A stretch of 32,000 bases of DNA, taken from NCBI RefSeq assembly GCF_000007145.1, contig NC_003902.1, positions 1,747,436 through 1,779,435 on the forward strand, in the 5' to 3' direction. Position numbers and translations under genes: made by a program. Under the pieces are notes generated by a model, which made no database searches, was not told the DNA's origin, and saw only the letters and a list, made by a program, of their open reading frames with translations. Shown here piece after piece: positions 25,098 through 32,000 of the stretch (its first letter is position 1; the number at the start of each line of letters is the position of its first letter). The stretch is from Xanthomonas campestris pv. campestris str. ATCC 33913. GTDB lineage: Bacteria > Pseudomonadota > Gammaproteobacteria > Xanthomonadales > Xanthomonadaceae.

Positions 25098-26621
25098 ATG
25101 TTCCGGTCTTTGCACGCGGTGGTTTCCCGCCTTTCGCTGTCTGCCATTGCGCCCGCGCTGGTGTGCTGTGGGCTATTGCTGGTCTGCACTGCGGCCACTG
25201 CGCAGACGCCGCCACCGTCGATCGTGCCGACCGACCGGCTGCAGGAGCCTTGGTGGGCGCAACGGCATGCGCGGGTGCTGGAGCAGGCGAAGCAACACGC
25301 CGACACGCCGCTGCTGCTGATCGGCGATTCGATCACCCAGAACTACGACAAGGCCCAGGCGCCCGACGAGAATTTCCAGCCCACCTGGCAGACCTTTTAC
25401 GGCAGCCGTGGTGCGCTCAACCTAGGCTTCAGCGGCGATGGCACCGAGCACGTGCTTTGGCGCCTGGCCAACGGTGAAGTGGATGGCCTGCATCCCAAGG
25501 TGGCCGTGGTGTTGATCGGCACCAACAACACCGGGCACCTGCAGCACACCGCCGAGCAGACCCAGCTGGGCATCGATGCGGTGGTCGCGGCGATCGAACA
25601 GAAGCTGCCACGCACGCACATCCTGTTGCTGGGTGTGCTGCCAAGTGCGGTCTCGGCCGAAAAGTCGCGCCGCGACGCGCAGGTCAACCAGGCCCTGGCG
25701 ATGCGCTATGGCGATAATCCGCGCGTGACCTACCTGGATGTGGGGTCGATCTTCCTGCGCGACGGCGCGCTGCGCACCGAGCTGTTCTACGACACCCGCT
25801 TCCGCCCGCCGGCCGGTGCCCTGCATCCGGACACGCAGGGCCAGCGCATGCTGGCGGAAGCCATCGAGCCGACCCTGGCAAAGCTGCTGGGCGAGCCACC
25901 GGTCAAGCTGGTCGCCGAGCTGAGCCGCGGGGTGGCAACCTCGCTGATCCCGGTCGATTGGCTGGAACAGGACTCCTACGACTGGTACGCGCGCCACCAC
26001 GCCGCACTGGCCACCGCGCGCAGCCTCAAGCCGGAGGTGGTGATGATTGGTGATTCGATCACGCATTTCTGGGCCGGCCCGCCGCAGGCCACGCGCGTCA
26101 GCGGGCCTGCGTCCTGGGCTTGGCTGTATGGCAAGCGGCCGGTGTTGAATCTGGGCTTTGGCTGGGACCGCACCCAAAACGTGCTGTGGCGCATTCGCCA
26201 GGGCGAACTCGATGGGCTCGATCCGCGCTGGGTGGTGCTGCATATCGGCACCAACAATCTCACCGGCACCGCGCAATCGCGCGCCAGTACACCCGCCGAG
26301 ACCGCGCAGGGCGTGGAAGCGGTGGTTGCCGAAGTGCGCCAGCGCCTGCCCAACAGCAAGTTGATCCTGATGGCGATCATGCCCCGCGGCCATCGCCCCG
26401 ACAGCCCGCAGCGAGCGCCGATCGCCGAAACCAACCGCCTGCTTGCTGCGCGCTTTGCCGGTGACCCGGCGGTGCGGCTGGTGGATATCGGGCCGCAAAT
26501 GCTGCAACCCGACGGCGCCTTGCCCGAGGCGCTGATGCCCGACGGTACCCACCCCAGCGAGGCCGGCTATAGGATCTGGGCACAGGCGCTGCGCGCGGCA
26601 GGCATTACTGCCGCGCCTTGA
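25098..26621 (+). CDS. Secreted tandem SGNH/GDSL hydrolase (two esterase domains, PAF-acetylhydrolase/sialate-O-acetylesterase-like)
   Basis: Signal peptide MFRSLHAVVSRLSLSAIAPALVCCGLLLVCTAATAQ. The blocks occur twice: LLIGDSITQ / VMIGDSITH, NLGFSGDG / NLGFGWDR, LIGTNNTG / HIGTNNLT, and ALHPD / DGTHPS. Confidence 0.88.
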   Translation: MFRSLHAVVSRLSLSAIAPALVCCGLLLVCTAATAQTPPPSIVPTDRLQEPWWAQRHARVLEQAKQHADTPLLLIGDSITQNYDKAQAPDENFQPTWQTFYGSRGALNLGFSGDGTEHVLWRLANGEVDGLHPKVAVVLIGTNNTGHLQHTAEQTQLGIDAVVAAIEQKLPRTHILLLGVLPSAVSAEKSRRDAQVNQALAMRYGDNPRVTYLDVGSIFLRDGALRTELFYDTRFRPPAGALHPDTQGQRMLAEAIEPTLAKLLGEPPVKLVAELSRGVATSLIPVDWLEQDSYDWYARHHAALATARSLKPEVVMIGDSITHFWAGPPQATRVSGPASWAWLYGKRPVLNLGFGWDRTQNVLWRIRQGELDGLDPRWVVLHIGTNNLTGTAQSRASTPAETAQGVEAVVAEVRQRLPNSKLILMAIMPRGHRPDSPQRAPIAETNRLLAARFAGDPAVRLVDIGPQMLQPDGALPEALMPDGTHPSEAGYRIWAQALRAAGITAAP

Positions 26622-27140
26622 GCTGCGGTGTTCAGGGGCGGCGTCGCCTGCGCCTGTGATCGTCGCTGCGATGCGGTTGCGATGAGGTGGGTCGAGTTGC
26701 TTAGGTCGAGTTGCTGTTGCGTCGCAGCTGGCGCACGGCGCGTCCGGTTTCGTCGACGCCAATCGCATGACGTCTATCGCCCTGATGCTTGATCCTTGCG
26801 ATTGAGCAGCACTTCTACGCGCGCGGTGCGCACATGAGCTCGTTCGGAAAGGCTGGGAGCAAGCAAGCCGTGGGGCAGGGCAGAAACCACGCAGTTGCCG
26901 TGCTTGTCAGAGTCCGTTGAACTGCATGGTCATGCAGTCAACAGACAGGCTGAGGCTGCCTGCATCGAGGGCGCAAGCGCCAACGCATCGAGCAGGAACA
27001 ACAGGCCGGGTTAGGCGCCTTCGCCACAAGCCGAGCGCAGCCGCGCACATCTAGCGCAAGGCCTGCATCACCGATCTCGCGCAGCGTGCAGTGCCCACGT
27101 CGCAGCATCTACCCGAAAAACCCAACCCCAGAAACCAGAA

Positions 27141-27167
27141 GACCCCCGATCGCTCGGAGGTCTTTTT
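27141..27167. terminator. Hairpin with a T-run just downstream of tRNA-Leu (possibly a bidirectional terminator)
   Basis: gacccccga-tcgc-tcggaggtc. The 9-bp stem has one C/A mismatch on the plus strand, which becomes a G-U pair on the minus strand. It is followed by ttttt on the plus strand and by ttctggtttctgg on the minus strand. Confidence 0.5.
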
Positions 27168-27171
27168 AAAC

Positions 27172-27258
27172 TGGTGCCCAGAAGAGGACTCGAACCTCCA
27201 CGAAGTTGCCCCCGCTAGCACCTGAAGCTAGTGCGTCTACCAATTCCGCCACCTGGGC
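27172..27258 (-). tRNA. tRNA-Leu (anticodon CAG), type II with a long variable arm and encoded CCA
   Basis: The reverse complement is GCCCAGGTGGCGGAATTGGTAGACGCACTAGCTTCAGGTGCTAGCGGGGGCAACTTCGTGGAGGTTCGAGTCCTCTTCTGGGCACCA. The anticodon stem is CTAGC/GCTAG with loop TTCAGGT. The T-arm reads GGAGGTTCGAGTCCTCT. The acceptor stem is GCCCAGG/TCTGGGC. Confidence 0.95.
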
Positions 27259-27271
27259 AGGTGAGCCGCGA

Positions 27272-27300
27272 ATTTTGCAGACTCCTGGGGGGCTTGTCAA
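27272..27300 (-). promoter_or_regulatory. Predicted sigma70 promoter for tRNA-Leu
   Basis: Minus-strand TTGACA (27300-27295), a 17-nt spacer, then CAAAAT (27277-27272). The mature tRNA 5' end lies 13 nt downstream of the -10. Confidence 0.55.
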
Positions 27301-27379
27301 CGGGTGATGTGGAGCAATTGCCAAGGGCCTGGCTGGCATTGCCGCCCACGTCAGGACCGCAAGGGGTACCATTAGGGTA

Positions 27380-29905
27380 ATGACAAAGAAAAATACCCCC
27401 GATTCCGACCGGCCCAGCCGCCGCAAATCCGCAAGCCCGGGCGAGTCCAGCACCGCCGAGCAACAGAAACTGCCGGGCTGGATGCCGGACTTCCTGGTCC
27501 GCGCTGCGGCAGGTGCGTCCACCAAATCCGCCAACAAGCGCGCTGCGGCAAAGGCATCGTCCGACCAGCCGGCACCTCCCGTCGAGCCTGCTGCGCCCCG
27601 CGCACCGCATCCTCGCAAGAGCGGCCCGCCTGCGCCGCCGCCGGAACGATTCCAGAAAGACGCCGTGCAGGCTGTCGCAGATACCGGATTCAAGGACCCG
27701 CACGCCGACCGCGAAGCGCTGCGCTACGCCGAGCCGATTGCTAGCCGCGAAGCCATCCTGCAATTGCTGGAAGATTGCGACGGCCCGCAGACCGCTGAAG
27801 AAATCGCCGAACAGCTGGGCTTGAGCGATCGCATCGATGCGCTGGGCAAGCGCCTGGCCGCGATGGTGCGCGAAGCGCAGCTGGTGCAGAACCGCCGTGG
27901 CGGCTATGCACCGGTGCAGCAGACCAGCCTGATTGCCGGCGTGGTGATCGCTAATCCGGAAGGCTTCGGGTTCCTCAAGCCGGACGAAGGTGGCGACGAC
28001 CTGTTCCTGCCGCCGTTCGAAATGCGCAAGGTCATGCACGGTGATCGCGCACTGGCCAACGTCACCGGCATCGACCGCCGTGGCCGCCGCGAAGGCGCCA
28101 TCGCGCGGGTGCTGGAACGCCGCATGTCGCGCATGATCGGGCGCTTCTTCTACGAGCACGGTGTGGCCTACGTCGACCCCGACGACAAGCGCGTGCAGCG
28201 CAATGTGCAGATCGCCCCGGACGGCATCGGCGAGGCCCGCGAAGGCCAGCTGGTGGTGTGCGAGCTGATCGCACCGCCGGACGCGCGCCGCCCGGCGATC
28301 GGCAAGATCATCGCGGTGCTGGGCGACAAGCTGACGCCGTCGCTGGTGGTGGAAATGGCCATCCATGGCCACGAGCTGCCGCATGAATTCCCGCAGGAGG
28401 TGCTCGACGAAGCCGCGGCGGTGCCGTTGGTGGTCGAGCCGCAGATGATCGGCGGGCGCGTGGATCTGCGGCAGATGCCGCTGGTCACCATCGATGGCGA
28501 GGACGCCAAGGATTTCGACGACGCGGTGTATTGCGAGCCCAATGCCGACGGTTTCCGTCTGGTGGTTGCGATCGCCGACGTCTCCAACTATGTGCGTCCC
28601 GGCACGCCGCTGGACGACGAAGCGCAAAAGCGCGCCACCTCGGTGTACTTCCCCGGGTTCGTGGTGCCGATGCTGCCGGAGACCTTGTCCAACGGCATCT
28701 GTTCGCTGATGCCCAAGGTCGACCGCATGTGTTTCGTCTGCGATATGCAGGTGGGACGCGATGGCGAAGTGACCGGCTCGCGTTTCTACGAAGCGGTGAT
28801 GAATTCGCACGCGCGCCTGACCTACAACCAGGTCTGGAAGGCGGTGGGCGAAGACGATGCCGATACCAAGGCGTTTATCGGCCCGTTGTTGCCGCAGGTG
28901 CAGCGTCTGCATCAGCTGTACAACGTATTGTCGAAGGCGCGCACGCATCGCGGCGCGATCGAATTCGAAACCTCCGAAGTGCGCTTCGTTCTCGACAACA
29001 CCGGCGAAGTCACCCAGGCCGGCATGCTGGTGCGTAACGACGCGCACAAGCTGATCGAGGAATGCATGATCGCCGCCAACGTCGAGGCAGCGCGTTATTT
29101 GTTGAGCATGCATGTGCCTGCGCCGTACCGCGTGCACGAGCGGCCGCCGGAGAGCAAGTACGAAGACCTGCTGGAGTTCCTCAAGGAATTCCAGCTGAGC
29201 CTGCCGGCGTGGAGCAAGGTGCGCCCAGGTGACTACACCAAGTTGCTGAAGAAGGTGCGTGCGCGTCCGGATGCCGCGCTGCTGGAATCGGTGCTGCTGC
29301 GCAGCCAGAGCCTGGCGGTGTATTCGCCGGAAAACAACGGTCACTTCGGTCTGGCACTGGAGGCGTACGCGCACTTCACCTCGCCGATCCGCCGTTATCC
29401 CGACCTGCTGGTGCACCGTGCGATCAAGCACGCGCTGACCGGCGCCAGCCCGGAAAAATACATCTACGCCCCGCGTCAGATGGCCGCGTTGTCGCTGCAG
29501 TGTTCCGAGCGTGGCCGGCGTGCCGACGAGGCCGAGCGCGAAGTGGACGAGCGTTATCGCGCCGCCTGGATGGAAAAGCATGTCGGTGGCCAGTTCGACG
29601 GCGTGATCAGTGGCGTGACCAGCTTCGGCTTGTTCGTGGAATTGACCCAGTCCAAGGTCAACGGCCTGGTGCACGTCACCCAGCTGCCGCAGGACTATTA
29701 CCAGTTCGATCCGATCCGCAAAACGATGACCGGCGAACGCCGCGGTCGCGAATTCCGTCTGGGCGACCCGGTGCGCGTGTTGGTGCTCAAGGCGAGCATG
29801 GAAGAACGCAAGATCGACTTCCGTCTGGCCGAAGAGGGTGCGCCTGCAGAAGCACCGCTGCCGCCGCGTGAGAAGCCGGCCAAGCGCAAGAAAAAGCCGT
29901 ATTGA
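27380..29905 (+). CDS. rnr: Ribonuclease R (3'-5' exoribonuclease, RNB family) with a low-complexity N-terminal extension of about 100 aa
   Basis: 841 aa. REALRYAEPIASREAILQLL aligns with E. coli RNase R residues about 8-30. The RNB core is present (VTIDGEDAKDFDDAV, HFGLALEAYAHFTSPIRRYPDL). An S1 domain and a basic tail (KPAKRKKKPY) follow. An alternative in-frame GTG start is at 27665. Confidence 0.93.
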   Translation: MTKKNTPDSDRPSRRKSASPGESSTAEQQKLPGWMPDFLVRAAAGASTKSANKRAAAKASSDQPAPPVEPAAPRAPHPRKSGPPAPPPERFQKDAVQAVADTGFKDPHADREALRYAEPIASREAILQLLEDCDGPQTAEEIAEQLGLSDRIDALGKRLAAMVREAQLVQNRRGGYAPVQQTSLIAGVVIANPEGFGFLKPDEGGDDLFLPPFEMRKVMHGDRALANVTGIDRRGRREGAIARVLERRMSRMIGRFFYEHGVAYVDPDDKRVQRNVQIAPDGIGEAREGQLVVCELIAPPDARRPAIGKIIAVLGDKLTPSLVVEMAIHGHELPHEFPQEVLDEAAAVPLVVEPQMIGGRVDLRQMPLVTIDGEDAKDFDDAVYCEPNADGFRLVVAIADVSNYVRPGTPLDDEAQKRATSVYFPGFVVPMLPETLSNGICSLMPKVDRMCFVCDMQVGRDGEVTGSRFYEAVMNSHARLTYNQVWKAVGEDDADTKAFIGPLLPQVQRLHQLYNVLSKARTHRGAIEFETSEVRFVLDNTGEVTQAGMLVRNDAHKLIEECMIAANVEAARYLLSMHVPAPYRVHERPPESKYEDLLEFLKEFQLSLPAWSKVRPGDYTKLLKKVRARPDAALLESVLLRSQSLAVYSPENNGHFGLALEAYAHFTSPIRRYPDLLVHRAIKHALTGASPEKYIYAPRQMAALSLQCSERGRRADEAEREVDERYRAAWMEKHVGGQFDGVISGVTSFGLFVELTQSKVNGLVHVTQLPQDYYQFDPIRKTMTGERRGREFRLGDPVRVLVLKASMEERKIDFRLAEEGAPAEAPLPPREKPAKRKKKPY

Positions 29906-30031
29906 TGCTGCGCGGTAGTGCGGGTGGCCGGCATGGCGGCCCGCACTGCTGAGCCGGACAGTGCGGAGTGAGTGCCACCGCGCCGTGATGACGCGGTGGC
30001 TTGCCTAATACGCCGATCTGCGAGGCAAACG

Positions 30032-30505
30032 ATGAGCGCATCTTCCGAATACAGCGGTGGCTGCCAATGCGGTGCGGTGCGCTTTCATGTGCGCGGCGTG
30101 TTGGACCACGCATCGATCTGTCACTGCCGCATGTGTCAGAAAGCGTTTGGAGCGTATTACGCGCCGCTGGTGTCGGTGCGTGGCGCCGCGTTCCGCTGGA
30201 CCCGCGGTGAGCCCAAGCGCTTCGCGTCGTCGACGCTGGTGCAGCGCGGTTTTTGCGCCGAGTGCGGGACACCGTTGACCTATGAAGCACCCGATGGCGT
30301 GGCGATTGCCGCTGGTGCATTCGATACGCCAGAGCGGTTGCCCCCACATATTCAGTACGGGCTGGAGCGCAAGGTGCCGTTCGTCGATACCCTGACGCAG
30401 CTGCCGATACGCCCGAGCGAGGATGACGCGGCGGCATTGGCATTCCAGGCCGCGCTCGTATCGCATCAGCATCCGGATCACGACACCGAGCGGTGGCCGG
30501 TGTAA
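30032..30505 (+). CDS. GFA-family (CENP-V/glutathione-dependent formaldehyde-activating-like) zinc protein
   Basis: Interior ATG at 30032 after GAGGCA. GGCQCGAVRF...HCRMCQKA...GFCAECGTPL is the Cys pattern of the GFA domain. 157 aa. Confidence 0.82.
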   Translation: MSASSEYSGGCQCGAVRFHVRGVLDHASICHCRMCQKAFGAYYAPLVSVRGAAFRWTRGEPKRFASSTLVQRGFCAECGTPLTYEAPDGVAIAAGAFDTPERLPPHIQYGLERKVPFVDTLTQLPIRPSEDDAAALAFQAALVSHQHPDHDTERWPV

Positions 30506-30821
30506 GCAGCGATCGGGCCTCGCCTTGCAGGTCCTCGCTGTGTTCAATCAGGCTGATGTCGGCGCACTGCGGTTCGTTGCCGACGTCGGCGCGACAAGCG
30601 TTCAAGCGCTTGTCCACAGCGGTTCACCTCGCGCGGAAACAGTCCGGTGCACGGCTGCCGTTGCGGCATGCGCGCGGCGGCCAGCGACGCATGACTCCCG
30701 GCAGGTGCCGGCGGCGGCGCTGCAATCGTTTACCTGATTTGTCAGGCGATCCGTGCCCCGGCCGTGACGTAGCAGGCCGCAGGCCCTACCATTCCCCCTC
30801 ATTTCTTCGTATGCCCGCGCA

Positions 30822-31571
30822 ATGAGCAAGCAGAACCAGTGGATCGTCGGCGTCAATGCTGTCGCCTCGTCCGTCGAGAACGACGCCGACAACGTGCGCG
30901 AGGTCCTGATCGAGGCCGGTAGCAAGAACCCGCGCCTGACCGAGATCGAAGAACAGGCGCGCCGCAAGGGCATCGACGTGCGCCGGGTCAACACCCAGGC
31001 GCTGGACGGCGTGGGCGGCCAGGTACGCCATCAGGGCGTGGCTGCGCGCTACGCCGCGGCGCGGCTCTGGGCAGAGAACGAGCTGGAAGGCCTGGTGGAG
31101 GCTGCACAAGGGCGCGCGCTGGTGCTGATCCTGGACGGCGTGCAGGACCCGCACAACCTGGGGGCCTGCCTGCGTAGCGCCGCTGCTGCCGGCGTCACCG
31201 CGGTGGTGATTCCCAAGGACAAGTCCGCCACGGTCAACGCCACCGTACGCAAGACCTCGGCCGGCGCGGCCGACCGCATCCCGGTGGTGGCGGTGACCAA
31301 CCTGGCGCGCTGCCTGCGTGATCTGCAGAAGCAGGGCGTGTGGCTGTATGGCCTGGCCGGCGAAGCGGAGGCTTCGCTGTACAGCGTGGACCTGCGCGGC
31401 AATGTCGGCCTGGTTCTGGGCGGCGAGGGCGATGGCCTGCGTCGGCTCACCCGCGAGCATTGCGATGGCCTGGTCAAGATCCCGATGCCCGGCGACATCG
31501 AAAGCCTCAATGTCTCGGTGGCCACGGGCGTGACCTTATTCGAGGCCGTGCGCCAGCGCCTGGGCGCCTGA
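30822..31571 (+). CDS. rlmB: 23S rRNA (guanosine-2'-O)-methyltransferase RlmB (SpoU/TrmH family)
   Basis: 249 aa. LDGVQDPHNLGACLRSAAAAGV, LVLGGEGDGLR and IPMPGDIESLNVSVATGVTLFE are SpoU motifs. The position downstream of rnr matches the conserved rnr-rlmB synteny. Confidence 0.88.
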   Translation: MSKQNQWIVGVNAVASSVENDADNVREVLIEAGSKNPRLTEIEEQARRKGIDVRRVNTQALDGVGGQVRHQGVAARYAAARLWAENELEGLVEAAQGRALVLILDGVQDPHNLGACLRSAAAAGVTAVVIPKDKSATVNATVRKTSAGAADRIPVVAVTNLARCLRDLQKQGVWLYGLAGEAEASLYSVDLRGNVGLVLGGEGDGLRRLTREHCDGLVKIPMPGDIESLNVSVATGVTLFEAVRQRLGA

Positions 31572-31818
31572 GTCATGCGGTGCGCCGGCGCCGCAGTGCG
31601 CGGGCCGGGCACTGCCGCAGCGAGTTTATAAGCGCGCAGCGCCCATCGGTGGCATAGCGGCAACACCACACTCCTGCGCAATTGCAGCGCATTGCGCGGT
31701 GCGCTGGCCTCGCCCACGCACCGGCAAGCCCACTACACCAGGCCCTGGCATCGCGGCAGCGGCGCTGGCGCGCGTTTTTGCCTACCATATCCGCAGCGAA
31801 CGGCGTGTCGTGTGGGTG

Positions 31819-32000
31819 ATGAAGCTTGGGGTGGGCGCTCGCAGCGCGGGCGATAGTGGGGATGGCGCAACGGCGTCGACACGAGGGTGGGGGCAGTGGC
31901 AATGCTGGCTCGCGGCCTGCGTGTGCGCGCTGTTGTGGATGTGCTCGCTTGCAGCACACGCGGCCCCGAGCACGAGCGCACGCCTGCGCGACTACGCCAT
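31819..32000 (+). CDS. 5' end of an unidentified exported protein (runs off the right edge)
   Basis: Not in the ORF track. ATG 31819 gives MKLGVGARSAGDSGDGATASTRGWGQWQCWLAACVCALLWMCSLAAHAAPSTSARLRDYA. It has a signal-peptide-like hydrophobic core with an AHA-AP cleavage motif. GC3 is about 75%. Only 60 codons are visible. Confidence 0.35.
   Translation, partial: MKLGVGARSAGDSGDGATASTRGWGQWQCWLAACVCALLWMCSLAAHAAPSTSARLRDYA

Noticed and set aside
27215-29674. An 819-aa minus-strand ORF opposite rnr
   Set aside because: It is antisense to a well-conserved RNase R ORF and runs through the tRNA-Leu gene. The composition is R/H/A/G/Q-rich with no domain signatures. It is a shadow ORF.
31573-31981. 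Minus-strand ORFs of 128, 82 and 63 aa downstream of rlmB
   Set aside because: They are Arg/Cys/Ala/His-rich, overlap one another in different frames, and show no motifs. The plus-strand frame from 31819 at least shows a plausible signal peptide, so I list that one at low confidence instead.

Overview
High-GC (roughly 65%) chromosomal DNA. The gene content, the GC3-rich codon bias and the repeat families (GTAGGAGCGC-type REP palindromes, GGGAAT(C/G) heptamer microsatellites) suggest a Xanthomonas-like (Xanthomonadaceae) core-genome region. That attribution is inference, since no search was possible.

I call 28 protein-coding genes, two of them truncated by the window edges and therefore missing from the supplied ORF track. 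I also call one tRNA-Leu(CAG), several operator, promoter and terminator candidates, and several repeat elements.

Gene order, left to right:
- CNNM/TlyC-family membrane protein (partial)
- fumC
- A seven-gene minus-strand envelope cluster: small lipoprotein, YtrA-type GntR regulator, ABC ATPase, ABC-2 permease, GSGD-repeat beta-helix (GIN/DUF2807-like) protein, and two YggN-like lipoproteins
- Periplasmic glutathione peroxidase
- Mip-like FKBP
- ugd, slyX and a DUF2058 protein
- Outer-membrane barrel protein
- A LacI-regulated sugar operon: MFS transporter, PfkB kinase, AGE-family isomerase
- A sahR-like regulator followed by a split metH (two ORFs)
- Acyl-CoA dehydrogenase
- Tandem SGNH esterase
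- tRNA-Leu
- rnr, a GFA-family gene and rlmB
- A partial signal-peptide ORF at the right edge

I see no integrase, transposase, phage gene, CRISPR array or recognisable defence gene. I cannot honestly point to a convincing novel multi-gene system. The window is mostly housekeeping.

The most unusual content is structural:
1. A 1.18-kb coding-free spacer (23921-25097) built almost entirely of two minisatellites. One re-copies the 3' end of the acyl-CoA dehydrogenase gene four times through a quasi-palindromic junction.
2. A 30-bp nested AT-rich palindrome overlapping the predicted promoter of an ArsR-methyltransferase (SahR-type) regulator that heads the split-metH operon.
3. Heptamer microsatellites embedded in frame in metH and in the regulator's tail.
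4. A tightly coupled YtrA-ABC-beta-helix-lipoprotein envelope cluster of unknown function.

Caveat on the ORF track: the leading M of a track ORF is often a GTG or TTG codon (for example 13698, 12584, 8042, 11548, 29972). Many track ORFs are also 5'-extended, so I re-picked starts from interior ATG/GTG codons, signal peptides and Shine-Dalgarno (SD) sequences.
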